Origin: Thermoplasmata archaeon
GTDB taxonomy: Archaea; Thermoplasmatota; Thermoplasmata; RBG-16-68-12; JAFNFQ01
NCBI GenBank assembly: GCA_041489255.1
Contig: JBGPQV010000005.1
Location: 32,001-96,000, forward strand
Direction of reading: 5' to 3'
Length of the DNA stretch: 64,000 bases
Part shown: positions 47,816 through 57,836 of the stretch, one piece after another
How the letters are laid out: the number at the start of each line of letters is the position of its first letter
Numbering within the stretch: position 1 is the first letter of the stretch
Program-made: the position numbers and the translations under genes
Notes under the pieces: generated by a model
Databases searched by the model: none
The model's input: the letters and a program-made list of their open reading frames with translations, nothing else
Told to the model about the DNA's origin: nothing

Positions 47816-48034
47816 GTGCTTGTGAAAATCGCCACGGGCAAGGAGAGGGAGGCGCTCAACGCTCTTAATGACATTGCGGGCCTGGAGGAGATTAACTTCC
47901 TCTTCGGCGACTACGACTACATCCTGACCCTGCAGGCGCCGGACACGGTCACCATGGCGAGGGTCATTAGGAATCGAATCCGGAAGGCACCGGGGACGAT
48001 CCAGACGATCACGATGATCGAAGCGCCCATGTGA
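47816..48034 (+). CDS. Lrp/AsnC ligand-binding (RAM) domain protein without HTH
   Basis: (IRAF)VLVKIATGKE...FLFGDYDYIL...IRKAPGTIQTITMI; start codon uncertain. Confidence 0.8.
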   Translation: MLVKIATGKEREALNALNDIAGLEEINFLFGDYDYILTLQAPDTVTMARVIRNRIRKAPGTIQTITMIEAPM

Positions 48035-48078
48035 GATCCTGGTCCTGTGCGGGACTCGCCACAAGCATCCTTGATTGA

Positions 48079-48213
48079 TCACGGGTTGGGTGCGCCTCTC
48101 TCGACCTGAGCCAATAGGCCTAGGTTCTCCTCGGCCTCCTCCAGGGAGAGGAGCTGGACGATTAGCCCGGCGTAGGTCAGGTCGTAGTCCCCCTTCGAAA
48201 CGCTCTGCTTCAA
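48079..48213 (-). CDS. putative 44-aa small protein (absent from ORF track)
   Basis: TTG-KQSVSKGDYDLTYAGLIVQLLSLEEAEENLGLLAQVERGAPNP-stop; mostly G/C third positions; TTTATA upstream. Confidence 0.35.
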   Translation of the reverse strand: MKQSVSKGDYDLTYAGLIVQLLSLEEAEENLGLLAQVERGAPNP

Positions 48214-48713
48214 GGGCAGAAAGCAAGGGAGTGAAAACCGAATCCATCTTACTCAATATAAACGCCCAGTCGCTGGAGGACTGGCTATATGTAGATGTCA
48301 TGCCAATCTCTCCATGTGTGGCAATAGATATTTTCGCGTGGAAATCGGGAGAATACGAGTATAGTTTTCTGTACAATCTTGGAGGCATGCCCTGTGATGC
48401 GTGCGTTCCGGTCTGAGTGTTCATTGTGTATAGTCGTGAACGGCAGAAGAGAAGATTCGCAAGACGGCTTGTCACCGAGCACCTATCCACATGGAGTCCG
48501 CATCGCCTGTCCGCGCCATACTCGCCCGATGATCATCGGCGGTGAAGGCCAAGAGAACATCTCCGGCGCGCCGCGAGCGGTCGAACCCGCCGAGTCTCTA
48601 CAATGAATGATGTATATTCTCAGGCTTCCGATATAAATGCTAACTATTTAGTATAATGGACTTGTCGCAAACTTGCTTTCCAAGAGGTCGGATAGGGTAA
48701 GGAGGCTAATAAC

Positions 48714-48995
48714 TTGGCGCTCACGGAAATCGACCTGGTTTTGAACGTCGTCGCGGTCCTGGGCACGATCGGCTTCGGTGCCTACGCGGTGCAACAGAAA
48801 GACCTCATGCGCGCGGTCTTCTCCTTCGCGGTGTCGAGCGCGTTCCTCGCGATGCTTTTCTTCCTCCTTGCTTCACCGTTCGCCGGAGTGCTCGAGCTCA
48901 CAGTGGGCGCAGGCCTTATCCTAGTGCTGTTCCTGGTAGCGCTGACTCTCTCCATGGGGGTCGAGGGCGAGAGCCCGGAGGGTGGTGAGTCATGA
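48714..48995 (+). CDS. group 4 hydrogenase small membrane subunit (NuoJ-N/MbhD-like)
   Basis: 3 TM, KDLMRAV, LELTVGAGL; SD AAGGAGG + TTG. Confidence 0.85.
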   Translation: MALTEIDLVLNVVAVLGTIGFGAYAVQQKDLMRAVFSFAVSSAFLAMLFFLLASPFAGVLELTVGAGLILVLFLVALTLSMGVEGESPEGGES

Positions 48996-49234
48996 GCAGC
49001 AGCAAGACCGCAGCCGCCGTGATTCTTTCAGTCCTGGTCGTGATCCTCATGCTCTCACTCCTGCTCAAGGCGGCATTCCACGAGCCCGCCAATGCCCCGG
49101 ACGGCGCCAGCCCTGGCAGCGTGCTTTGGGAATCGCGCGATTTCGAGACGATTCTCCAAGGTCTCTTGATCCTTGGCGGGGTGGTCGCAATCCTGATGCT
49201 GCTCAGGTCATCGAAAGCGGAGGCGCAGAGATGA
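48992..49234 (+). CDS. small membrane subunit (NuoJ-C/MbhE-like)
   Basis: LWxxRxFET..Q motif; translationally coupled. Confidence 0.75.
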   Translation: MSSSKTAAAVILSVLVVILMLSLLLKAAFHEPANAPDGASPGSVLWESRDFETILQGLLILGGVVAILMLLRSSKAEAQR

Positions 49235-49569
49235 CGACACCGGGTGACCTGATCGTGGCGGTAGATTTCACCGCAATAGCCTCGCTCTTTGGCCTCGGGC
49301 TGTTCTGCATCATCTCCAAGACGAATTTGATCAAGATGGTCATCGGCATCGAGCTCATGGGGAAGGCAGTGACTTTGAGTTTCATCCTCGGCGGTTTCCT
49401 CAACGGAAATGTCGGCCTGTCGCAAGGTGTCGTCTTTACCATCATCGCGATCGAGGCGGTCGTGGCGGCGCTTGCCCTCGCCTTGGCCATCATCGGGAGA
49501 GGCGCGTTCAACACGCTAGACGTCGAGAAGATAAATGAGATCGCAGCAAAGGAGGCGAGAAGGGAATGA
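49231..49569 (+). CDS. NuoK/MbhG/MrpC-like subunit
   Basis: KTNLIKMVIGIELM, IAIEAVVAALAL; ATG at 49231. Confidence 0.88.
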   Translation: MTTPGDLIVAVDFTAIASLFGLGLFCIISKTNLIKMVIGIELMGKAVTLSFILGGFLNGNVGLSQGVVFTIIAIEAVVAALALALAIIGRGAFNTLDVEKINEIAAKEARRE

Positions 49570-52500
49570 TCGACCCGACAATCTTCCTCCTCGCGACGGT
49601 CCTGACGCCATTCATCGGGCTCATCGCGATAATGTCCCTCTCGAAATGGCCGAACGCGCGGGAAGGCGCGAGCATCGCCACCGCCGTCCTGACGTTCGCG
49701 TTCGCGGCGATCATGCTACCCGAGGTGTTCGCCGGCAACACGGTGAACATCACCGCCGCCGAAATCCTGCCCGGGCTCAAGATCGCGTTCTGGGCCGAGC
49801 CATTCGGGGTATTGTTCGCCACGCTCGCATCATTCCTTTGGATATTCACCACGGTTTATTCGATTGGTTACATGCGCGGGCTCAAGGAACACGCCCAGAC
49901 CCGGTATTACTCGTGCTTCGCGATAGTCATCGGGGCGACGATGGGGATTGCGCTGTCCTCCAACCTGTTCAGCCTGTTCATTTTCTATGAGATTCTGACG
50001 ATAGCCACCTACCCGCTCGTCGCTCACAAGGAGACGGAGGAGGCGTTCAAGGCCGGGCGGAAGTACTTGATATTCACGCTCACCGGCGGGCTTGCGATAT
50101 TGGCTGGGCTGGTCCTTATGTATGTCACATCGGGCACGGTCGACTTCATGGCGGGTGGCCAGACCAAGCTCATCCCCTTGTCGGCCGACATCATCAAACC
50201 GATGTTCGTGTTGCTGATTGCAGGCTTCGGCGTCAAGGCCACCCTGATGCCGTTGCACTCCTGGCTGCCGACCGCGATGATAGCGCCGACGCCGGTCAGC
50301 GGCCTGCTGCACGCGGTGGCGGTGGTGAAGGCTGGCGTCTTCGGCCTGCTGAGGGTCGTGTACTTCGTCTTCGGTCCCGCCCTGCTGGCGACGTACGGGC
50401 TGCAAATCATGCTGATTGTGATGGCGATCATCACGATTATAATCGCCTCGCTCATCGCTCTCGTCAAGGATGATATCAAGGCGCGGCTGGCCTACTCGAC
50501 GATCAGCCAGTTGTCGTACATCGTCCTTGGCGCCGCGCTGCTCACGCCCGCGGGTCTCACCGGTAGCCTGTTCCAGATAGCGGCTCACGCGTTCGCAAAG
50601 CTGACCATGTTCTTCGTTGCGGGAGCGATCCTCGTCACCTCGGGCAAGACGAAGATCTCGCAGCTGGACGGCATCGCGAAGAAGATGCCCATCTCCATGG
50701 CAATGTTCACGGTCGCGGCTATCGGCATGGTAGGTCTCCCGCCGTTGGCGGGCTTCGGCGCGAAATGGTTCCTCGCGGCAGGCGTCACGGGCGCACCGGG
50801 GCTGGGCGACTGGGCCCAGGCAGCACTCCTGCTGTCCCTCGTCGCATCCTCAGTGCTCAATGCCGCTTACTTCTTCCCGATAGTTTTCAGGGCGTACTTC
50901 GGCAAGACAGATGAGGACATCAAGGAGGCCAACTGGAAGCTCACGCTCCCGTTGACAGTCACCGCCATCGGCGCGATAGTGATCGGCATGTGGACAGCCA
51001 TGCCACTCGGCTGGTTCAATCTCTCGGCCTTAGGCCAGAACAGCATATCCAGCTTCATACCGTTGCTGGCGCCAATCGATTTCCCAATCAAAGACATCAC
51101 TTACATCCCGCCTTTCCTCATCTTCCTCATAGGCGCGCCGCTGATATTCTTCCTCAAAGGCAAGGCACGTAAGATCGGCCTCATCGTCATCGCGGGTCTA
51201 GCCCTGCTTGACGTCTTCCTCATGCCGACGTTCCTGGCGACGCCTTTCCAGGGCTGGAAGCTCGACATCATGGGATTCCAGCTCACGTTCCTGAACGTCG
51301 ATTCGCTGTCGCTGTTCACGGGTTACATCTTCGTCATCATCACGTTCCTGGCGACAATCTACCTGACCGCCTTCGACGTGAAGCACATGGAGCTGTTCGC
51401 GCTGCTCTATGCGGGCACCTCGATGGGCGCCGTGTTCGCGGGCGACTTCCTCACGCTGCTGATTTTCTGGGAGGCGATGGCGCTCACCTCAACCGCCCTC
51501 GTCGTGGTATATGGCGGGGACGCTGTGAAGGCGGGCTTCAGGTACCTGCTCTTCCACGTTTTCGGCGGGAGCATGTTCCTGGCGGGGATCGCGATGAATT
51601 ACATTGTCACCGGCGGGAGCCTTGCGCTCGGACCGATGGCATACGGATATGCGTTCGTCTTTGCGTTCATAGGGATCGCGGTGAACCTGGCCATGGTGCC
51701 CTTCCACACATGGCTGCCAGACACCTATCCGAGACCGCACGTCGCGGCCTCGGTGTTCCTGAGCGTCTACACGACCAAGGCAGCGGTATACGCGCTCGTC
51801 AGGGTGATGCCGCCGATCGACATCGGCGCGGCGACTCCCTACATGGCGATAATCGCTTACATGGGCGGCATCATGGCGGTGTACGGCGTGTCCCTGGCCG
51901 TCGTCCAGACGAACATGCGCAAGCTGCTCTCCTATCATATCGTGAGTCAGGTTGGCTACATGGTCGCCGGAGTCGGAATGGCATTCCCGATGGCCGTCAA
52001 TGGCGGCATGGCCCACGTCTTCAACCATATCCTCTACAAAGCCCTGCTCTTCATGACGGTGGGAGCTGTCATCTACAGGACTCAGCAGCAAGACATGTCG
52101 AAGCTCGGTGGGCTATGGAAAGTCATGCCCGTCACCGCCATAGCGTTCTGGATCGCGGCGTTCTCGATCTCGGGCGTTCCGCTCTTCAACGGTTTCGTCA
52201 GCAAGGGCATGGTCATCACTTCGGCGGCCGAAGGCGGCGCGGAGCTGTTCTGGTTGAGGGTACTGCTCGAGATTGCCTCGTTCGGAACGTTCCTCTCCTT
52301 CCTCAAGATGGGCTGGTTCGTGTTCATGAAGAAGAACGTGAACGGGCTTGAGGTGAAGACGCAGGGCGATGCGCCCCTGCCGATGAAGGTGGCGATGGTT
52401 GGCACGGCGATCCTATGCGTCGCGATCGGCGTCTACCCGGCGCTGCTGTTCAACATACTGCCCGTGCCGATGCACGGCGAGGAATACGTCCCGTACGCCC

Positions 52501-52835
52501 TGGAGCATGTGCTCGAGACCCTGCTGATACTCGGCGCCGCGGCGCTGTTCTTCTTCACGATTGGAGTGAGGATTCTGAAGCCAAAATCCGCGCATGAGAT
52601 CGCGGACATCGACGAGGTCTACAAGGCGGGAGGGAAGGCGGTCAACGTCGGGTCCGCGGGCATCTCCGGCGGGTTCGGCTACTTCTATCAAGGTGCGTCT
52701 GCGGTCGGCAACTGGCTCGTCAACCTCGGTCGTAGGGCGACCACCGCCGAGACCAGGGATGTGAACTGGAACCTCGTGGCTTTCGCACTCCTGATCGTGC
52801 TCTGCGTCGAGGCCATCCTGTTGGGGGTGAGCTGA
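49566..52835 (+). CDS. fusion of two MrpD/NuoL-M-type antiporter-like subunits
   Basis: Two motif sets: FYE..GFGVKATLMPLHSWLP..LAYSTISQ..HAFAK and FWE..PFHTWLPD..LSYHIVSQ..HILYKALLF..GFVSK. Confidence 0.92.
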   Translation: MIDPTIFLLATVLTPFIGLIAIMSLSKWPNAREGASIATAVLTFAFAAIMLPEVFAGNTVNITAAEILPGLKIAFWAEPFGVLFATLASFLWIFTTVYSIGYMRGLKEHAQTRYYSCFAIVIGATMGIALSSNLFSLFIFYEILTIATYPLVAHKETEEAFKAGRKYLIFTLTGGLAILAGLVLMYVTSGTVDFMAGGQTKLIPLSADIIKPMFVLLIAGFGVKATLMPLHSWLPTAMIAPTPVSGLLHAVAVVKAGVFGLLRVVYFVFGPALLATYGLQIMLIVMAIITIIIASLIALVKDDIKARLAYSTISQLSYIVLGAALLTPAGLTGSLFQIAAHAFAKLTMFFVAGAILVTSGKTKISQLDGIAKKMPISMAMFTVAAIGMVGLPPLAGFGAKWFLAAGVTGAPGLGDWAQAALLLSLVASSVLNAAYFFPIVFRAYFGKTDEDIKEANWKLTLPLTVTAIGAIVIGMWTAMPLGWFNLSALGQNSISSFIPLLAPIDFPIKDITYIPPFLIFLIGAPLIFFLKGKARKIGLIVIAGLALLDVFLMPTFLATPFQGWKLDIMGFQLTFLNVDSLSLFTGYIFVIITFLATIYLTAFDVKHMELFALLYAGTSMGAVFAGDFLTLLIFWEAMALTSTALVVVYGGDAVKAGFRYLLFHVFGGSMFLAGIAMNYIVTGGSLALGPMAYGYAFVFAFIGIAVNLAMVPFHTWLPDTYPRPHVAASVFLSVYTTKAAVYALVRVMPPIDIGAATPYMAIIAYMGGIMAVYGVSLAVVQTNMRKLLSYHIVSQVGYMVAGVGMAFPMAVNGGMAHVFNHILYKALLFMTVGAVIYRTQQQDMSKLGGLWKVMPVTAIAFWIAAFSISGVPLFNGFVSKGMVITSAAEGGAELFWLRVLLEIASFGTFLSFLKMGWFVFMKKNVNGLEVKTQGDAPLPMKVAMVGTAILCVAIGVYPALLFNILPVPMHGEEYVPYALEHVLETLLILGAAALFFFTIGVRILKPKSAHEIADIDEVYKAGGKAVNVGSAGISGGFGYFYQGASAVGNWLVNLGRRATTAETRDVNWNLVAFALLIVLCVEAILLGVS

Positions 52836-54343
52836 TGGACGGTCTGATTGCGGCGGCGATGGTCTCCCCGATGATTCTCGCCATAGGCGGCATCGCGTGC
52901 TTCGGCTTCGCGAACCTGGCGAAGGGCAAGATGCGGGCGTGGACCGGGACGCTTGCCGCGATATTCTTCGTGGCCATGTTCGGCGTATTCGTCGCTCTCG
53001 CGGTCAGGGGATTCGATGCCCATGCGGAAGTCCCGTTCGCCGTCCTGGCTCCGAGCGACCTCGGCATCTTGATGGGACTATTAGTCACAGGTCTAGGCGC
53101 AGTTGCGAGCATCTACTCGCAGGGCGCGATAGATCCCGAGGGGCCGGTGGGCTACTACTACCCACTCCTGATGTTTGCGCTGGCGGGAACCGTCGCGATC
53201 GGATTCGCGGTGGACCTCTTCACGATGTTCGTCATGGTGGAGCTGTCCGCCATCCCATCGTACGCTCTCGTTGCCTACAACTACCGCAAGAGGCGGGCCG
53301 CCATGGCGGCCGCGATCAAGTACCTGATCCAGGGTGTCGCCGGGACGCTCACCGCTCTGCTCGGCATTTCCATCCTATACGTTTCCACGGGCAGCTTGCA
53401 CGTGGACGTCATATGGAGAGTGTTCACAGGCCCTGATATGCTATTGTCTCTCGCGGCAATCTTGGTCGTCACCGGGTACGGCGTGAAGATCGCATTGGTC
53501 CCCCTGCACACGTGGTTGCCGGATGCCTACTACGAGGCGCCGATGGGCGTGACCGCGATCATGGCGGGGGCCACGAAGGCGGGTGCGCTGGTTGCCCTAT
53601 TCAGGGCAGTCGCGGCGCTGCCATTCGTCAGCGTCAGCGTTGCCCAGGTCGGCCTGATTGTCAGCGTTCTCGCAATCGCGACGATGACCGTCGGCAACAT
53701 CATCGCGCTCGGCCAGAAGGACCTGAGGAGGATGCTCGCCTACTCGAGCATCGCGCAGATGGGCTACATCCTGTTGGGGTTCGGAGTCGGCCTTCACTAT
53801 GGAATCTCAATCGGGCTGGCGGCTGGGCTGTTCTACCTCACCGTCTACGGCATAATGAAAGGAGGCGCTTTCCTCTGCGCGGGGGCATTCGGCAAGGCGA
53901 CGAACGGCGGCGTCACGTTCGAGCAGTTGAGGGGAGCAGGAGTGAGGAACCCTGTCGTGGGGATCTCCTTCCTTCTCTTCATCCTCGGTCTGATCGGGAT
54001 TCCCGCCACGGCCGGTTTCCCGGGAAAGCTGATGCTCTTCCAAGCCGGGCTGGAGTCACAGGTCGTGACCAACACCTGGCTGAACTGGGGCACGTTGCTG
54101 TCGATCGCCCTTGCTCTGAACAGCGCACTATCCTTGGGCTACTACGTGCCCGCGCTGAATTATCTCCTTTTCAAGCCGGGACACCACGGAGAACATGAGG
54201 GGAAGTCGAAGATTCCAATCGCCATGGTCGCCGCAATCGTCCCGTTGGCGGTGCTCACCGTGATCTTCGGTCTGTACCCGCAGGCAGTGATGAACCTCAC
54301 GAACCCAGCTTCCACATTCTTCAAACCAGGAGGAATGCCATGA
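52835..54343 (+). CDS. NuoN/MrpD-like antiporter subunit
   Basis: GVKIALVPLHTWLPDAY, KDLRRMLAYSSIAQMGY, GIPATAGFPGK. Confidence 0.92.
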   Translation: MDGLIAAAMVSPMILAIGGIACFGFANLAKGKMRAWTGTLAAIFFVAMFGVFVALAVRGFDAHAEVPFAVLAPSDLGILMGLLVTGLGAVASIYSQGAIDPEGPVGYYYPLLMFALAGTVAIGFAVDLFTMFVMVELSAIPSYALVAYNYRKRRAAMAAAIKYLIQGVAGTLTALLGISILYVSTGSLHVDVIWRVFTGPDMLLSLAAILVVTGYGVKIALVPLHTWLPDAYYEAPMGVTAIMAGATKAGALVALFRAVAALPFVSVSVAQVGLIVSVLAIATMTVGNIIALGQKDLRRMLAYSSIAQMGYILLGFGVGLHYGISIGLAAGLFYLTVYGIMKGGAFLCAGAFGKATNGGVTFEQLRGAGVRNPVVGISFLLFILGLIGIPATAGFPGKLMLFQAGLESQVVTNTWLNWGTLLSIALALNSALSLGYYVPALNYLLFKPGHHGEHEGKSKIPIAMVAAIVPLAVLTVIFGLYPQAVMNLTNPASTFFKPGGMP

Positions 54344-54684
54344 CCGACCTTCTGATGGACATCGTGACCTCGCCGCTACTGGTCTTCGCGCTGACCCTGC
54401 TCGTCGCTTGGGCCCTGTATTGGCTCGGCGGCAAGATGTCGCCGAGTTTCCTCGCCGAAGGCGGAAAGGCGAAAGCCTATACCGGCGGGGAGAATATTCC
54501 AGGCAAGAAACAGCGTGTATCCTACCAGTTCTATCATCTGGCGCTCATCTTCACGGTGCTCCACGTCACCACGCTGGTTGTGGCGACCGCATTCCTCGCA
54601 GGAGCCGGGATAGTCGCGATCTTCTACCTGCTAATTGGCACCACGGCCGTGGTCGTGGTTCTAGTGGGGTGGCAAAATGTTTGA
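54340..54684 (+). CDS. NuoA-like subunit
   Basis: TM - K..AYTGGE loop - FYHLALIFTVLHV - TM. Confidence 0.8.
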   Translation: MTDLLMDIVTSPLLVFALTLLVAWALYWLGGKMSPSFLAEGGKAKAYTGGENIPGKKQRVSYQFYHLALIFTVLHVTTLVVATAFLAGAGIVAIFYLLIGTTAVVVVLVGWQNV

Positions 54685-55177
54685 AAATCTGGTTAAGTGG
54701 GCAAGGAAAAAGTCGCCTTGGATTCTGCTGTTCAACAGCGGCAGCTGCAACGCCTGCGACATCGAGGTGATTGCGGCTGTGACCCCGAGGTTCGACGTCG
54801 AACGATTCGGCATACAGGTCAAGGGCAGCCCCCGCCACGCCGACATTCTCGTCGTGACCGGGCCTGTGACCCGCCAGCAGGCATCGAGGCTGAGGCGGAT
54901 CTACGACCAGATGCCCGACCCGAAGTACGTCGTCGCGATGGGGAGCTGCGGTTCCACTGGCGGTGTGTTCAAAGGTCTCTACAATGTCATGGATGGCGTT
55001 GACAAGGTGCTCCCCGTGGACGCCTATGTCGCCGGATGCCCGCCGAGGCCGGACGAGATAATCGACGGTGTCATCGCGGTCCTGGGCATGATAGAATCGG
55101 GCGATGGTCGCAAGAGGGCGAGGGGAAAGGATCCGATTCGCATCGAGAGGAAGCCGCTTGCGGAGGTGACGACGTGA
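54677..55177 (+). CDS. group 4 hydrogenase small subunit (NuoB/MbhJ-like)
   Basis: GSCNACDIE, SPRHAD, GSCG, GCPPRP. Confidence 0.93.
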   Translation: MFENLVKWARKKSPWILLFNSGSCNACDIEVIAAVTPRFDVERFGIQVKGSPRHADILVVTGPVTRQQASRLRRIYDQMPDPKYVVAMGSCGSTGGVFKGLYNVMDGVDKVLPVDAYVAGCPPRPDEIIDGVIAVLGMIESGDGRKRARGKDPIRIERKPLAEVTT

Positions 55178-55674
55178 CGGACGAGAATCCCATGCTCGCG
55201 GTGGTGAAGCAGGATCTGGGCACCAAGGCGGTCGAGGTGACGGCTCCCCGCCGGAAGCGCATCACGATCGCCGCCACTCCGGGGACATATCGCGACGTCA
55301 TCAAGTACCTGCAGGACAAGATGGACTGCTATCACCTCAGCGTCCTCCAGGGTGTGGACAACAGGACGAGCTTCGAGGTGGTCTACCACTTCTGGAGCGA
55401 CCGCAACGGCATGTTCACGGTGAAGGTCGCGCTCCCGCACGACAAGCCGGCGATAGGTACGATCACGGACATCGTGCCCGCCGCGATACTATACGAGCGC
55501 GAGGTTCACGACCTGTTCGGCATAGAATTCCCTGGGCACCCGGACATGAGGCGACTACTCCTCAACGACGAATGGCCCAAGGACGAGCACCCGCTGAGGA
55601 AGGACTGGAAGATGGACGAGAAGAAGTTCTATGGCGGCGTCAGGTCTTCGACCGGAGGTGAGAAGTCTGGCTGA
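55174..55674 (+). CDS. NuoC/MbhK-like subunit
   Basis: YEREVHDLFGIEFPGHPD, HPLRKD; GTG at 55174. Confidence 0.92.
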   Translation: MTDENPMLAVVKQDLGTKAVEVTAPRRKRITIAATPGTYRDVIKYLQDKMDCYHLSVLQGVDNRTSFEVVYHFWSDRNGMFTVKVALPHDKPAIGTITDIVPAAILYEREVHDLFGIEFPGHPDMRRLLLNDEWPKDEHPLRKDWKMDEKKFYGGVRSSTGGEKSG

Positions 55675-55675
55675 G

Positions 55676-56860
55676 ATGAAGATTCCGATCGGACCGCAGC
55701 ACCCCGCCCTCAAGGAGCCCGTGGGGTTCATGGTGAATGTCGAGGGTGAGAGGATCAAGTCGCTCGACCTCGACGTGAGCTACAACCACCGCGGCATCGA
55801 GAAAGGCGTGGAGCAGAGGGACTTCAACCAGTCGCTCTACCTCATTGAGCGCATCTGTGGCATCTGTTCGCACGCGCACGCGACGAACTTCGTAAAGGGC
55901 GTCGAGGAACTCATGAACCTGGAGATCCCCAAGAGGGCCACCTATATCCGACTCATCGTCGGTGAGCTCGAGCGCATCCACAGTCACTATCTCTGGGTCG
56001 GCGTGGCTGGCCACGAGATCGGCTTCGACACGCTATTCATGTACACGTGGCGGGACCGAGAGCTAGTGCAGGACCTGCTCGAGATCATAAGCGGGAACCG
56101 CGTGAACTATGCAATCAATTGCCTCGGTGGCGTAAGGCGCGACCTCAGTGAGAAGACAATCAACCTCGCCTTGGACCACCTGAAGAAGCTCGGCGAGAGA
56201 GCCATCTATTACACCAGGCTTGCGACCACAGAGGAGACCATGGTCGGTAGGCTGGCGGGCGTGGGCAAGTTGTCGCACGAGAAGGCGAAGACCCTCGGGT
56301 CCGTCGGTCCGACCGCGAGGGGTTCCGGCGTGGACAGCGACGTGAGGCGGGACGACCCCTACCTGGCGTACGCCGATGTGCCGTTCAAGGTGATCACCGC
56401 AAACAACTGCGACGTTCTCGGCCGCACGATAGTCAGGGCGGGCGAGCTGGCGCAGTCGATTGAAATGACCAAGTGGGCGCTGGAGAACCTCCCGCCCGGA
56501 GAAATCAAGAAAGCCCCGCCAAGGTCCGCGCCGCCCGGAGAGGTCATCAGCAGATACGAGGCGCCGCGCGGGGAGCTGGTGCACTACATCAAGAGCAACA
56601 ACACCGACAAGGCGGAAAGGTTCGGAGTCAGGACGCCGACGATGGCGAACTGGCCGTCGGTGGTCGAGGGCTTGACCGGGCAGAACATCGCCGACATACC
56701 GATCGTTGTAGCCGCCATCGACCCTTGCCTGAGCTGCACGTCGAGGACCACGTTCGTGGACACCGACAGCCGCAAGTCGTGGGTCTGGAACTGGGACGAG
56801 CTGAGGAACTACAGCATTAGATGGTACCGGGAGAACAAGGGCATCTATTGGGGTGACTGA
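55676..56860 (+). CDS. group 4 [NiFe] hydrogenase large subunit (NuoD/MbhL-like)
   Basis: GPQHP, HRGIEK, ERICGICS (L1), IDPCLSCTSR (L2) + 37-aa extension; start 55676 or CTG 55667. Confidence 0.93.
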   Translation: MKIPIGPQHPALKEPVGFMVNVEGERIKSLDLDVSYNHRGIEKGVEQRDFNQSLYLIERICGICSHAHATNFVKGVEELMNLEIPKRATYIRLIVGELERIHSHYLWVGVAGHEIGFDTLFMYTWRDRELVQDLLEIISGNRVNYAINCLGGVRRDLSEKTINLALDHLKKLGERAIYYTRLATTEETMVGRLAGVGKLSHEKAKTLGSVGPTARGSGVDSDVRRDDPYLAYADVPFKVITANNCDVLGRTIVRAGELAQSIEMTKWALENLPPGEIKKAPPRSAPPGEVISRYEAPRGELVHYIKSNNTDKAERFGVRTPTMANWPSVVEGLTGQNIADIPIVVAAIDPCLSCTSRTTFVDTDSRKSWVWNWDELRNYSIRWYRENKGIYWGD

Positions 56861-57836
56861 GTTGGATGCCTGGCTGGTCTTCCTGTACGTCCTGGTCTTC
56901 CCAGGCATATTCTTCCTGCTGGGCTACAGCTTCTTCGCCGAGTGGTTCGACAGGAAGATGTACGCCAAGATGCAGAACAGGGTCGGCCCGCCGCTGGTCC
57001 AGCCGTTCGCCGACTTCATCAAGCTGCTGTCCAAGGAGGATATAATGCCGGAAGGGGTCGAGGCGAAGCCCTACAACGTCCTGCCCCTGTTCGCGTTCGC
57101 CGCCGTTGCGACGTCGTTCATCTATATCCCGACATTCATGTCTAGCAGTCCGGTCGGGTTCCAGGGCGATCTCCTCCTCGTGCTCTACATGCTGACGTTG
57201 CCGACGATTATCCTCTTCCTGGTCGGCTGGTACTCCCACAACACCTTCGCGACGATCGGCGCGTACAGGGCGGTGAGCCAGCTGTTCGTCTACGAAGTGC
57301 CTCTGTTCATAGCGGCACTCGGCCCGGCGCTGTGGGTCAAGAGCTGGTCGGTCAGCGACATCGTCTCCTGGCAGCAGGGCAACCCCTGGCTGTTCCTGAT
57401 ACAGCCGCTTGGATTCATCATCGCGATCATCTGCCTGCAGGCGAAGCTTGAGCGGATACCGTTCGACATACCCGAGGCCGAGACCGAGATCGTCGGCGGG
57501 CCTCTGGTCGAGTACTCCGGCAGGAAGCTCGCGCTCTTCCGCATAGCGACCGACATGCTGATGGTGACCGGCGCGTCGCTGATTGGGGCGCTGTACCTCG
57601 GGGGCCCCAGCGTCGGGTTCTCCCTCGATTCGCTGCCGTTCTGGGCGGCGGGCGTCATCGGCTTCGTCGCTTTCCTGCTCAAGACCCTCCTGATAGTCTT
57701 CCTGCTTTCCTTCATCAGGGCGGCATTCGCCCGCCTGAGGATCGACCAGATGACCAGCTTCGGCTGGAAATGGCTGGCATCTTTGGCGCTGTTTCAAATA
57801 TTCCTCGTGATAGGTATGCGGATGGTGGTCCAGTGA
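56853..57836 (+). CDS. NuoH/MbhM-like membrane subunit
   Basis: RKMYAKMQNRVGPP, ADFIKLLSKE, PFDIPEAETEIVGG..EYSG, RLRIDQ. Confidence 0.94.
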   Translation: MTELDAWLVFLYVLVFPGIFFLLGYSFFAEWFDRKMYAKMQNRVGPPLVQPFADFIKLLSKEDIMPEGVEAKPYNVLPLFAFAAVATSFIYIPTFMSSSPVGFQGDLLLVLYMLTLPTIILFLVGWYSHNTFATIGAYRAVSQLFVYEVPLFIAALGPALWVKSWSVSDIVSWQQGNPWLFLIQPLGFIIAIICLQAKLERIPFDIPEAETEIVGGPLVEYSGRKLALFRIATDMLMVTGASLIGALYLGGPSVGFSLDSLPFWAAGVIGFVAFLLKTLLIVFLLSFIRAAFARLRIDQMTSFGWKWLASLALFQIFLVIGMRMVVQ

